DNA of 64,000 nucleotides from Octopus sinensis (taxonomy: Eukaryota): NCBI RefSeq assembly GCF_006345805.1, contig NC_043004.1:48484001-48548000 (forward strand), read 5' to 3'. The translations under genes were made by a program, and so were the position numbers. The notes below the pieces were generated by a model. That model searched no databases. It was not told where the DNA came from and saw only the letters and a list, made by a program, of their open reading frames with translations. Positions 41,496 through 53,848 of this stretch are shown piece after piece. How positions within the stretch are numbered: position 1 is the first letter of the stretch; each line of letters starts with the position of its first letter.

Positions 41496-43060
41496 CCCTA
41501 CACTCTCTAGACACTAAAAGCACAAGGTTTACACAAACAAACTAGGGCCTACAGATCTAATGGATAAGTATTCATGGTGACACATCAGGCACACTCCACA
41601 CTAGATATCACATGTCAAAGTCACACACTGTAGCAGACACACCAAGTCACCAAATACCTAGGTCATTGCCACAGCAGTTAACACAAGACAGTCACTACAT
41701 TATCCAGTCACACTCCACTTGTCACAAACATCAATATTTCTCTAATACACAACACTTGAGTGAGGATGGTGGTATGGAAAGGTAACGTAGGAAGCTGGTG
41801 GTTGCTGCTATTTAGACATGGACAAAATCATGATCAAGGGCATTCTAACCATGACCATAGACAGAGTCGAATATTACACATTATACAACACTTTTCTTTT
41901 TCTTTTAAAAGATGATGCATGATTTTAGAGAGATCTGGCTACTATTTCTAGCAAGTTAAAGCTCCTCCATAGGGTTAATGTTGATGTTTAATCCAGAGAC
42001 AACTATGATAAAGCAATCAGACCTAAGATCAAAAAGCATAGCAGTCATGAACGTCCCATTGTTTTTTTCTTTACCTAACTGCAGGAATACACTACCTTGC
42101 ATGTTCCCTTTCTGAAATGCTAAGATATGTAATTTGAAAGGAGATTTTGTTTTTCATTTCTCAATTTGAAGGCCTATATAAGGATTCCCTCTCTGAATTA
42201 ATGTTGGTAGAATGTGAGAGATAAAGGTGACAGTGATCCTGTGATATACAGATGGAGGGTTAGTGATGAAGGAGATGGATTAATGTGAAACTTAAAGAAG
42301 GGTAGAATGGGATGGAGAAGAGATAGTGAAGGAAATCAGAATAGTTTATGTTGAAGCCACGGCAATGAGGTATATCTAATCTCTACACACGACACACAAC
42401 CATTACAGACATTACACAAATTCATCATTTCATATACACACACTATCATATATTATAAACATGTACCAGATACAGAAAATACATATACATACACTATAAA
42501 CATTTATATTTATATATATATATATACATACACACACACACACACGAAAACACCCCACAATGCAATACATAATTCCAACATGTGCATGCAGCGATACATA
42601 AACACTACACAATACAAGACTTCACATAACCCACGCACAGCTCTCCACAAATATATACACTCTATACACAGTGACCAGAGTTTGATGTATAATACAGACA
42701 CATTAAGACTAAGATTGTAAAAATATATACACACACACACACAACAGTGGTCAGATATGCAATATGTATATCATTCATACATTCACTTTACATGCATACA
42801 TGTATAGAGTATACATGCATGCACACAACAATCATGTTAAATATTAAACACAATAAAACATATAAACACTGATCAGAGTAGCTATAGATTCCATACATAC
42901 ATATATATTATACCAACTCAGAGATTCTACACAGTAATCACAGTTTACAATACACATGCACACACTAAAGACATCCGCTACACAAATTGAGATTTACAAT
43001 ATATAACAAATATACATATACACACAATAAGGTTGGTTATATACATATATATACACTTAC

Positions 43061-43122
43061 CACCACCATGAATGTAAAAATCCCGGAGGTTCACCTAATG
43101 TAATATTTTTTTCCCATCGAAT
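43061..43122 (-). CDS. SSBP3: SSBP coding exon 3 (62 nt), [20 protein letters not shown](C)
   Basis: tgtttcag|ATT CGA TGG GAA AAA AAT ... TCA TGG TGG TG|gtaagt; invariant LUFS-domain peptide. Confidence 0.98.
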
Positions 43123-43331
43123 CTGAAACAGAAATTGGTAGAATGAGTTACAAGGCACAGATTGTATGATGTTGTGGCCTGCATGCCTTTACCACAGGAC
43201 AGACAGTCCAACTTTGACAGGGAAGCATGTACAATTGAGGAAAGCAACTACAATGTTTCACTGGTACTTACTAACACCACTTATCAGATTAAAATCATAG
43301 GAACTAGTAAGGCGTGGGATTTCACCTAACT

Positions 43332-43641
43332 TAGTGGTTCTCAACCATTTTCTATCTATGGACCCCTACGATTACTGTTCTATTCCGCTAGACCCCATAG
43401 CCATTTGATGTTTAAAAACTCTTTTTATAGACACTTCTTTCAAAATTCCTATTTTGTCTTTCATATATTGTATGGGTTGAACAATGTAAAACGTTTAAGA
43501 AATTTAGATGGTTCTGGCAATAGATACATCTAAAGCAAAATCTTTTCTTGCACCCTTAATATACTACTGTGAGTCCTTAATTTACTACTTTAGTTGCATG
43601 GACCCTAAAAATCTTACATGAAATCTGGTTGAGGACCACTG
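43332..43641. mobile_element. hAT/Charlie-like MITE
   Basis: tagtggttctcaacc...ggttgaggaccactg ends with internal atggacccct repeats. Confidence 0.65.
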
Positions 43642-44475
43642 ATCTAGCTAGCTCTTGTAGTTGTTTTTACTAACTCCTATTCACCAATTTCTATTTTGGA
43701 GTCAATTCCAAGCAGGGATTGATTTACATGTTTCAAACCCCGATTAACCCTTTTGTTACCATTTTTGTTGAAATATGATGCCTTAATTTTGAAAATAAGG
43801 AAGAATTAGTAAAACAACTTGTCATAAATTAAGCTGGTGATCAGAACAAAAATTAACTTCAAATTTTGATGAAAAGTTTAAATTTAGATCACTGACAAAA
43901 AAAGTTAATCATCATTTTAGTGTCCACGTTTCCAAAGCTTGCATAGATCACACAGAATCCACTGGGACATATTTTCCATGGCCGAATGCACTTACAGGTC
44001 GCTTTCACCAGTTTCCAAGCAAGGTAATATTTCCCCATGGCTGGACATGTTTTCATGGCAGATTGGAAACAAAGGATGAAGGACAATGCTTGTGCTACTG
44101 TCACACAAGAGGTGACACTCATTTACAGCGTTTGAGCCATGCCAACAAGGAAATACAAACACACATATGTATATAGAACAGGTTTCTCTCAAGATCCATC
44201 TACGAAATCCACTTACAACAAGGCTACAGTAGTATAACACTTGCGAAAAGGTGCCATGCAATAGAATCATATAGTCATGCCTGCATTTATGTTATAAAAG
44301 AAAAGAATGCACCAATATTTTTGTCACCAATCCATGACAATATGAACCTTACAACTAGACAGAAGATATATATTATTAACAGTATTTAGGAATGTAACCA
44401 GAAAACAAAACATGACTCACAACTGGTGAGTGTGGCTATAGGCTTCAATAGGACTTTCTCCAAATGTAAAGAATA

Positions 44476-44695
44476 TTAACCCTTTCGTTACTGTATCTAT
44501 TTTGAGATGCTGTGTTCCTTTCAATTACTTTAAATATAACAAAGAATTTAGTAAAATAACTTAGTTATCATTCAGCTAGTGTTAGGAACATAAATTGTGA
44601 CTAAGGTTTGGTGGAAGATTTTAATTCAAAGCTTATGAAAACAAGACATTTGTAGCCAGAGCCAGTTTCAGCCAGGTTGGTAACGAAAGGGTTAA
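44476..44695. mobile_element. TTAA-flanked piggyBac-like MITE, family P2
   Basis: Perfect 16-nt ends ttaaccctttcgttac / gtaacgaaagggttaa. Related copies at about 20230-20447, 29600-29790 and 43744-43900. Confidence 0.85.
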
Positions 44696-46219
44696 AAAGA
44701 CAAATTAAAAAGGCTGTTTCAAAGTCACTATGATGATATTTGATGACTGTTAATAATGGAGTTGGTGTTCAACTGCAGGTTGGCTCTGACTGGGCAAACT
44801 TATGTTCAAAAGCATTCCAATCATAATCATCCTGTCTTCTATTCAGATGTAAGTGTATCTAGGACAATATTATCTAATGTGTCCTTCCTTAAATATGGCA
44901 AGTTGGTAGACATCATTGCCTGGTTTAACACTGGTCATCTTGCCCTTAGCTGCCTTTATTAGAGTCCACTGTGTTGCACTCATTCAGGGCCAGGCTTCCA
45001 GTATGAGGATAACTTCTTTTCCACAGTAACGAAGGGCCCCTAACAAGGGTCATGGGCACTTCTCTTCTTTCTCTGACTAAGCCCTTAACAAAAAAGAAAA
45101 GAAAAACAAAATGAAACATGGCTGCTATTTCTAGCAAGCCGAATGACTGTAGATGTTTTTGTGTTGGCAGTGATGGAGGTGATTCAGAAACTACCAGCCG
45201 GAGCATCGTTACCAGGTGATAACTAAGTAATGACCAGTAGAAACTAGATGATGATCATGTGGTAAAGTACTGAGTGAAGACCCAGTTGTGAGAAAAGAGT
45301 AAGTGGTAAAGATGGTAGAGACCCTAGGTAGATGACTGGGTGAGAACCAATTAGTAAAGACAGATGAGACAATGGACGGAGACCAAGTGAGGATCAAGTA
45401 ATGAGAACAGTAGAGGCCATAGGTAGATGAGCAAGTAAGAATCATATAAAAACAGTACAGACCATGTGTGGATAATAAAGGAAGTAGAAACCAAATGAGA
45501 ACCAATGTTGCAAAGAATGATCTTTCATGTAGCTAACAAGAAAGGAACCATGTAATAAAGAAAAGGTAGAGACTTTGGGTAGATGACCCAGAAAAAACCA
45601 TGTGGTAAAACAGGTTGCTGTTTGGTTCTACTTCAACACTAACCAAGCAGTCTTATGATCAAAGACATTCAAAGCACAACTAATCCATGTTATATATAAA
45701 ACTAATCTGTTAATGCCATGTCCTTATATAAGACTGTAGAGTGTGATTTGAAGATTTGGCTGCTAATTCTAGCAGATTGAGTGACTATATGGTGACTTTT
45801 TCACTGGCTCATGGTGAAGAAAGATCTATGGTTAGATGACCAGACCCATATTGTAAGAAGGCACAGATTACAACTAGATAACCAGGTGGGAACCATGTGA
45901 TAGAGATCACGGGAAGATGACCAAAAGACTATGGTAAAATAGGCAAAGACCAGAGAGATTATGGGCAGTTACCAAAGTGAACCAGGAGACCATGTGGTAA
46001 AACAGACATCATAGTTATATGAGCAACTGACGACCATGTTGCACACATAGATACCATGAGCAGATGACCAACCAGCTGAGGACTATGTGCTAAATATGGG
46101 GACCTGAGATTGATGAGCAGCCAAGGATCGCATAGTGAAATATGATAGAGAGCAAAGACAGATGACCCCAGCGAGAAACAAATGTAAGGATGTGTGCCAC
46201 AAATACAATTTATACTTAC

Positions 46220-46292
46220 TTCTGATAAAAACGTCTGTGCACTTTTCTGAGCTCCAACATGTAGTAAATATTCATAGACATATAACGCTAAC
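46220..46292 (-). CDS. SSBP3: SSBP coding exon 2 (73 nt), (K)[24 protein letters not shown], LisH motif
   Basis: aatttcag|G TTA GCG TTA TAT GTC TAT GAA ... TTA TCA GAA|gtaagt. The peptide is essentially invariant in SSDP proteins and is in phase with exon 1. Confidence 0.98.
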
Positions 46293-46399
46293 CTGAAATT
46301 GCAAAAAAGTGGTTTATATTTATACTGGCTGAATCAAACATGAACAAAAATTAATCTGCTGGAAAAATAAAGTGGTAGATGTGTGCATGTGTATATAGG

Positions 46400-46458
<59 letters not shown>

Positions 46459-47966
46459 CATACACAAGTAAGCAAAGTTTTGGAGGGAGGGGTGTATATA
46501 TACACAGAAACAACTAGGCAAGAATATACATACATCTATAGATGTATACAAGTGTTTATTTTCTTGACAGAACACATGCACATATACACGCACACACACA
46601 CATGTATAATACATATACACATACGTATACATGTACATGCATCTACATAAACACACATGCACACATATACATACACACACAAATATTTTATTGAGAACAC
46701 AAGCATACTATTATTATTGTAGTAGTAGTCAAGAGCAGTGAATGGTGGTGTTTGCCACATGTTTATAGCTGAAGTATTTCAAATGTTAAATGCTAAGACA
46801 TGTTTGGACAGTTGTGGTAGGGGCTAACATCTTATGGGGTGGTTTATGAAAGGGATGTGAGGGTAATGTTACTGCTAGGGGGGAAGGGGATAAAAAACTG
46901 GACGGTACTTCTTTGGCAAGGGGATAACGTTTGAAGATTAATAACAGACGATGTTTAGTCTCAGGTCAGATCTGATGAAGCAGACCTAGGCGTTCCACTC
47001 GTGACTACCCTGTGTATTAAGACAGTATATCTAAACTACACTTTCTGATGTGTTCTTTCTTTAAAAAAAAAAGAGAAAAGACTAGCTTGTGATTTGAAGA
47101 TTTTACTATTATTTCTAGCATTTAGAATGACCAGGCAGAGGCCATATAGGGCAACAATGTAAAACAAAGAGGTGAATAGGAAGAAATAAAAATGGGTCAC
47201 AATTAAGAGGAATAATGATTATAATACGGCTGGGCACGAATAAAGGAAAAGGATAAGAATTATAGCGAGGGCTAACAAGCAAGGAAAAGAATGTAATACA
47301 TATGAAAACGGGAGAAGTTAATCAGGGAAGATGGCTTAACACAAGTGGGATAACAAGATTAGTACAAACTTTAATGCAAAAAAAGCTAAAGGTGCAACTG
47401 GGCACACTTTTAACCAGTAAGGTAGGTGGTGTACAATAAAGTTTTAAACATAACAAATAAGGGGTAAAAGAAGACAGAGTAACAAGGAGAATGGAGAGGA
47501 AAATTAAAAAGAGATTTAACACATGCTGGGTAGGGATAACAACATAATTAAAACGTGGAGGTAGAGAGAGGATAGGAATATGAAGAAAAGGCGGGGTAAC
47601 AATAATAGGATGTTAAAGAAAGGGATAACACTGGGGTTGGTTGGCTTTCAACTTATATTTATTGTATCTTAGAAATGGGAAAAACAGAGAGAGAGAGAAA
47701 ATAGACAGACATGGAAGAAAAGTGCTAAATAATAGAAGTAGTGCAACAACAATAACGACAAGAGAAATAATAACAAAGACAGCAGCAGCAGCAGCAGTAA
47801 CAACAAGATGTGGTGGAGGGGGGAAGAGGAGGAGAGAGACTGAGTAAAATTTTGGGAGGGAAATAGAAATTTCAGATATTAGTCAGTGTTTTAGTGTCTG
47901 TCTGTGTGTCCTAGTAATGGTCACTGTATATAATGTACGCGTATGTATACACACACACTAAGTGTT

Positions 47967-48002
<36 letters not shown>

Positions 48003-48032
48003 CATGCACACATACAAACGTGTAGGGTGGTC

Positions 48033-48079
<47 letters not shown>

Positions 48080-48199
48080 TATAAACGTGTAGGGTGGTCA
48101 GACTATCTAATTGAGGTCTGTGTGCGTATTTGATGAGGTGGTGTAGTAAGTATATTTTGACTGTGTATGTGGTGTTAGTGAGGTTGTGTATATATATAC

Positions 48200-48245
<46 letters not shown>

Positions 48246-48693
48246 TGAGGGATGAGACAGCGTGTATGTTGTGGTTTAACTTCCAGGTCAACCCTGAACA
48301 AGCAGGCCGATGATCAAAAGCATTCCAGCCATGACAATCCCATATTTTGAGAGTTAGCGCATTGTCTAGATCCCTTTTCCTTGTACATCAGCAGATTGTG
48401 GTTGAAGGGGTGTTCAGTTACTATTTCTAGCACGTTCAGTGACCATGCAGATCCTCCTGTTGGAAGAGAGAGGATGCGAGGCTGATATGTCGTTAGCCTC
48501 AGGTCAGCTCGATCAAGCAAATCTTATTGATCAAAGGCATTCCTCTCGTAACTAACCCATCTTTTTCGTAAATGCTGGGAACCCAAGTGTCCACATTTTT
48601 AAGAAGTTAAGAGAACATGAGCTATTTTGCTATTTTCTAGCAGGTCGAGTAACACAAAAATCTTCAGTGTACATGGTACACTGAAGCTGTGTG

Positions 48694-48732
<39 letters not shown>

Positions 48733-51233
48733 ATATATATATATGTGTGTGTGTGTGTATGTATTTGACGTATTGAGGTTATGTGAATATGAACTGAAAA
48801 ACTGTGTAAATAATATATATATATAGGATCGTTTGTAAAAAAAACATAAATCCGATGCTTCTGCACACTAAGATGCAGTACATATTAAAAATGGGGAAGG
48901 CCGGTTTTATGGGATTACTTAGGCTTCCCGTCCATTAAGGGTTTAGCTATATATGCTGTGTGAGTACCAGTTGTAATGAAACTTTGTATATGAGGAGTAA
49001 TGAAGGCTTGTATACATGGTATACTGAGGCTGTGTGTACGTAAGTGAAATGATGAGGTCGTATGGTGTATGTGGTGATACTGTGATGCTATGTGTAAAAG
49101 ATGAAGTGAGTCTGTGCTTATTTATATATGTGTGTATATATATATACATGGCATAGTGTGTACGTGGGAATTTGGTACTTAGTGAGGCCTAAGTGAGTAC
49201 GTGATACGATGGGATTCAGTCAAAAGTGGTGGTGTGGTTCTGTTGTTTAAATCTGTGGTTGTGTGTTGTGACTCCGTCCCAAGTTAACTCTGACTAAGCA
49301 AAACTATATATAATCAAAGGCACTCCAGTCGCGACCATCCTCTTCGTTTAGGGATATCTACGACTACTTTATTGAAATGTGTTCTTTTCTTTATTTAAGC
49401 TATTAGGTAGTCACTTTGATGGGTATTTGACTGCTGTTACTAAACAGGTCAAGTTGTACCAGATAGAGTCTCTAGTTGGCTCGTGTTTGCTGTACATATT
49501 ACTGAAGTGATTTGCCTATTGTGTATATTTCAGGGAGCAGGAATTCCCGATGGCATTTGGCTGCTATTTCTAACAAGATGAGCTACAGAGTATCGGTTTC
49601 CTCCTGACCCGTGCAAATGTGTATACATAGGCAGCGTTGTTTAACACTGGGTCAACCATGATCGAGTAAAACCAATGATCAAAAAGTACTCCAGTCGCAA
49701 CCATATATCCTTTTGTATACCCAATGCATGCCTTATTTTAGCATGGCAGAATGTGACCGAGGCAGGATTTGGGTCCTACTTTTTGCAAGTCGACTGACCG
49801 CCTAAAGCCTCTTTCGTTTGCTTGTGTGATGTCTGTATCGTGTTGTTTATAGCCCCAGGTAAGCATGTAACGAGGAGACCAATGATCAGAAAAAAAACAT
49901 TCCATTCACAACCACTCCATCTTTATTTTTTTGTTTCTCCAGACATAAATATACCTTGGACAACATTATTCAATGTCTGTTTTTTACTAATTTTCAACGC
50001 AGTGGGGAATAATTTAAGGTTGGTGTCTCATGGCTAATTCTGGCAAGTCGAGCCACCATATAATCTCCGGCTTACAAGCGAAGCTGTGTTTGTTATATGT
50101 ATGTAGTGTTGTGAAGCCGGCTGTATGTGTGTGTTTATACATGTGGTGTTATGAGACCGGTTGTAATGTATGTACATGCAATGTGACTGAGAGTGTGTAC
50201 ATGTGTGCGTATTGAGAAGTTTTATTTGTGGTGACCGTAAAGGACCGCTTCTTTTATAATTTCATTGTTGGGTGCCGCCACTAGCAAGAACAGCCAGGGT
50301 TTCCCCCCTCCAATTGCTAAGCAGCCGTTTGTTACCCCTTTTCTCTGGACATACAAAAACATCCATCAATAAATAAATCCCTTCAAATACTGAATACTGA
50401 CCCTCCAAACTGCAGCACTTTATTTAATCAACATGGAAATAATTAACTTGATTACAACCACCATAGCCCTGTTTGAAAAAAAAATACACACCTTTATATA
50501 CATAGGGGCATTCATTCATAGCGGAATGAGATTACCAACCACCAAACCAACGTGTATCATCCTGAGTCTAATGAACAACACCACAGTATATTACTGGTAC
50601 TTAACTTCGCTAACATATACACGTAGACGTAGAGGATTAAGAGTGAAGTTTCAAACCACAGCATTGAATTCAGAAATAAAACTCGTTTGGGTCTTTTTCA
50701 CTAAAGCTATAGGCTCGGTGGTGAGGTCTGCTCTCCATACAGGAACAAGAGATTTATATGGGATGGACAGATACAACGTTGTAAGTGTCGATGTCTTTCT
50801 TTTAGAGTTTATAATACCTATCATATGAAGTGAAACTGAACCGACAATCTCGGCTTAATTTCATTTCATTATATTAATGCAGTAAAATTATTTTTGATTA
50901 GACCCAAGGAACAGAGGGAATAGAATCAATTCTGGTTTGTATATTAGTACAAACTTTATAGATATGAAATAAGAATAAAAATGGTAGATGGTTAGAAAGA
51001 GTAAATAGGGTCAGATAGGGGCCCCCTGGAATCCTGAAAGAAAAGCTCACGATTCAATGTTGTATGTTAAAGTAACTTAAGACCCGGGCTATAAATTAAT
51101 GAATGAGGGGAAAGAATGGGTAGTAAATAAACAAATAAAGAAGTTAAGATCGTCAGGTGGTTCATTTTAGAAAGGTGAAGGAGGTTTAATTAAAAGAAAA
51201 ACCCTTGGCTACATGTGTGTTTTGTGTATTTAC

Positions 51234-51331
51234 CCTAAATGCCGAGATCCTACCCTAGCTCCACAAACCTGCGAAACGAAGAGCTTCGGTCCCGGAGGAT
51301 ACATATAAACAAACGTGCTACATACAGACAT
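51234..51331 (-). other. Candidate alternative first exon (MSVCSTFVYMYPPGPKLFVSQVCGARVGSRHL-G) or 35-nt cassette exon (51234-51268) in SSBP intron 1
   Basis: Open frame from the ATG at 51331 to a GG|GTAAAT donor in phase 2, the phase exon 2 needs; internal acceptor ctcttcgtttcgcag. No transcript evidence. Confidence 0.4.
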
Positions 51332-51564
51332 GTCGAATACAACAACAATAACCATCATAACAATAACAACAAACAGCAAAGTGGAACAAGAAATTAAAGA
51401 CATCGAAACATGGAGCGAAGACATGAGAGAGAGGAGGGAGGGAGGACGAAAAGAGATCGAGGAGCGAGAGAGAGAGAGAGAGAAGAGGAGTGAGAGAGAG
51501 AAAGAAGAGGTAATGATGATGATAATAATAATAGTGGTGGCGGTGTGGTTGTAGTAGTACTTAC

Positions 51565-51620
51565 TTTTCCCTAGCTTGAGCATCAGACGGCACTGTAGAG
51601 CCTTTCCCTTTGGCGTACAT
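51565..51620 (-). CDS. SSBP3: SSBP2/3/4 (SSDP) coding exon 1, MYAKGKGSTVPSDAQARE(K)
   Basis: Reverse complement reads ATG TAC GCC AAA GGG AAA GGC TCT ACA GTG CCG TCT GAT GCT CAA GCT AGG GAA AA|gtaagt. This matches the SSDP N-terminus (vertebrate MFAKGKGSAVPSDGQAREK) and has a perfect phase-2 donor. Invertebrates have one SSDP gene, so the paralogue number is nominal. Confidence 0.96.
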
Positions 51621-53129
51621 GCTTGTAGCTGAAGTGTCACGGCACCTGTCAAGCCATCAAGGACGACACTGACCCCGTTGCCTTGCCAACGTCAAGGAGA
51701 GCTGTCAAAAGGCAAGTTACGATTGGGTAGTTAATTATAGTAACTTTGGAGCACCTTGAAACAGTCGGCTACGATATCATGTGCTGCTAGACTGACAAAG
51801 GCTGATTGGCGCTCAGCCAATTATCTGCCACTTCATCCCCCAACACATACATACAACTACACTTACACTCTCCTCTTCCACAGCTTTACCCCTCTCTATA
51901 AAATATGTATCAACTTCCTTTCTAACTACGTCATTCCTCCATCTACTCCTCTTTCTTTCTCTCTCGCTCTCTACATATGGTTTTTTAATAAACACCCACA
52001 CTCTTTCCTCCCCTTCTATACAACTTACCTCTTTCTATACACGTACACACTGCTCTCACTCCACCTTCTACTCTATCACTCCTCCCCTTCGCCTGCATAC
52101 CCTCTCTAAATAAATACAAGTACACACTCCTTTTTTGTCATATTTACTCCACCTACTACTCTCTGCCCTTCATAAGCAACGCACTCTCTATTAAATTCTA
52201 ACACGCTTCTATCGCTTACTCAGTCTCCTTCGTCTAACCGATTACTCTCTTTCTCTCTATCACTCATACCACCACTCTTCTCCTATACACATAAGCAATA
52301 CACACAGATGTAAACACTAGAACTACTGCACACACACACATGCCTATACACACAAGTATTAAAATGACACTCACACACACACTATTAACACATGTATTTA
52401 CGATACACACACATATGTTCTTAGACAGAGAGCGGGGTGACATACACATACATACTCTTACTTTGCCCCTCTCTCACTGCTCCATACACGCAGCGAAGGG
52501 GAGAGAGCACGTAGAATAAAATATTTTCCTTCGTTAAGTGAATAAAATACAATTACGTATTCCATGTGAAGAAGGGGGGGAGAGAGAAAACAGTATTATC
52601 ATCATTATTATTATCATTATTAAAAATGTAAGAAATCATTATTTTCACCGTTAATATTATTAATGTAGAAGTGCCGCATGACGACTTCTGGTCTCTGATC
52701 GAGCCTCAACAAACGACATCACCCTTGTCATTAAACAATATCGTTTGCCACATCAATGCAATATTTACTGGACTTATTTCAACTTAATTATTTTTCTTCA
52801 CTGCAGAAAAAAAAAAGGCAAAGCCAAAAAAAAAAAAAATACGAAATAGGAATTCAAAAAATATTTGGAAAAGTTTTTTTTTTTTTTTTACTCGGTTGCC
52901 AGCATAATTCGAACTTACACCCTCTTCCTGTGAAATATATATAAAATGAGTGAAGAAGAACTAATCTTTATTAACCCTCTTTTAGTAACTTTTATATTTT
53001 CAATTAAGATGTGCTTGCACAAGCTTTACACACAAATATACCTTTAAATGAGTATGATATATATATATATATATATATACTCACACATATACATACATTA
53101 ATACTTAATATTTACACATACAAATATAT

Positions 53130-53177
<48 letters not shown>

Positions 53178-53743
53178 CGAGTGTATAGCTTCAGCATGCG
53201 GTTTTATACATACACACAGTAAGACTATAATATCTTTCTACATGTGTTGTAAATTCAAGTGTTTTGGGATGTATTTTATGTTGTTACTAATTATTAGTAT
53301 TTACGACAGATTTGGTGCAACTTTCTCCATATATACAGAGAGAGATGCTAACTGTTTAATTTCAGCCAGAACTGGTTGGATCAATGAAGAAAATTTAAAT
53401 AATAAAAGCTTTCAGCAGTTGACCTATATTTACAGAGACTCCACGGACTGAATAGAGGCGGGGTACCTTGAAACTGCTGGCTCTAGACGATTCCTATAAG
53501 AGAGGGAAGGGATGCCAACATGACTTGTAATTCACTACACTTACTATTTACTGGCCACGGGAAATCTGTCTCTCGCTTAATTCAACAGCAAATAAAATTA
53601 TTTACTAATATATATTGTATGTTTAATATATTTTGCATTACAGTAGTCGTTTTTAGCCCGGTGCTGCGACAGTTCTACAACCTAACCCACCTAGAAGGAA
53701 AAGGGGTTTCCCTAAGTCCGGTCCATTGTAGATCCATGAAGTG
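51621..53743. promoter_or_regulatory. Shared divergent promoter / 5' UTR region between SSBP and ATG10
   Basis: About 2.1 kb between opposing start codons, almost free of transposons. Contains TTGGC-N5-GCCAA with opposed CCAAT boxes (51805-51821), a second ATTGG near 51722, CT-rich tracts, and a GC-box-like GAGGCGGGG (53455-53463). TSSs cannot be placed from sequence. Confidence 0.6.
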
Positions 53744-53848
53744 ATGACGGCTGGTTCGATTTCCGAGGAAGAATTTCTGGCTTCAGCTCACAACTTCTTG
53801 AAAGTCTCCGCTGACAATGTCGACGTCTGGCAACTTCACAAAGTACCT
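53744..53848 (+). CDS. ATG10: Probable ATG10 (E2-like autophagy conjugating enzyme) first coding exon, MTAGSISEEEFLASAHNFLKVSADNVDVWQLHKVP
   Basis: ATG to CCT|gtaagt (105 nt, phase 0), codon-like sequence amid AT repeats. The pattern I-x-E-x-x-F...F-L-K-x-S...D-x-W resembles the ATG10 N-terminus (human IGEKTF...FIKHSQQIGDSW). The divergent position next to SSBP matches human SSBP2-ATG10. No later exon was found in the window. Confidence 0.72.

Larger units (their letters stand above)
38745..49900. repeat. Cluster of at least 9 same-orientation copies of an unclassified ~200-bp repeat (family D) interspersed through SSBP introns 1-3
   Basis: Shared motifs gatcaaag-cattccagccatgac-atcc and gatttggctgctatttctagcagg at about 38745, 41800, 41985, 44760, 45620, 46950, 48270, 48485, 49270 and 49540-49710. 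Confidence 0.7.

Noticed and set aside
50230-50345. GC-rich intron-1 pocket with GGGTTTCCCC (Rel-like) and a partial CTCF-like word
   Set aside because: Both motifs deviate from consensus and single short matches are expected by chance; needs conservation data.
51230-51652. 140-aa minus-strand ORF spanning SSBP exon 1
   Set aside because: It crosses exon 1 in a different frame and runs through simple-repeat intron sequence; only its 3' part is kept as a candidate alternative exon.
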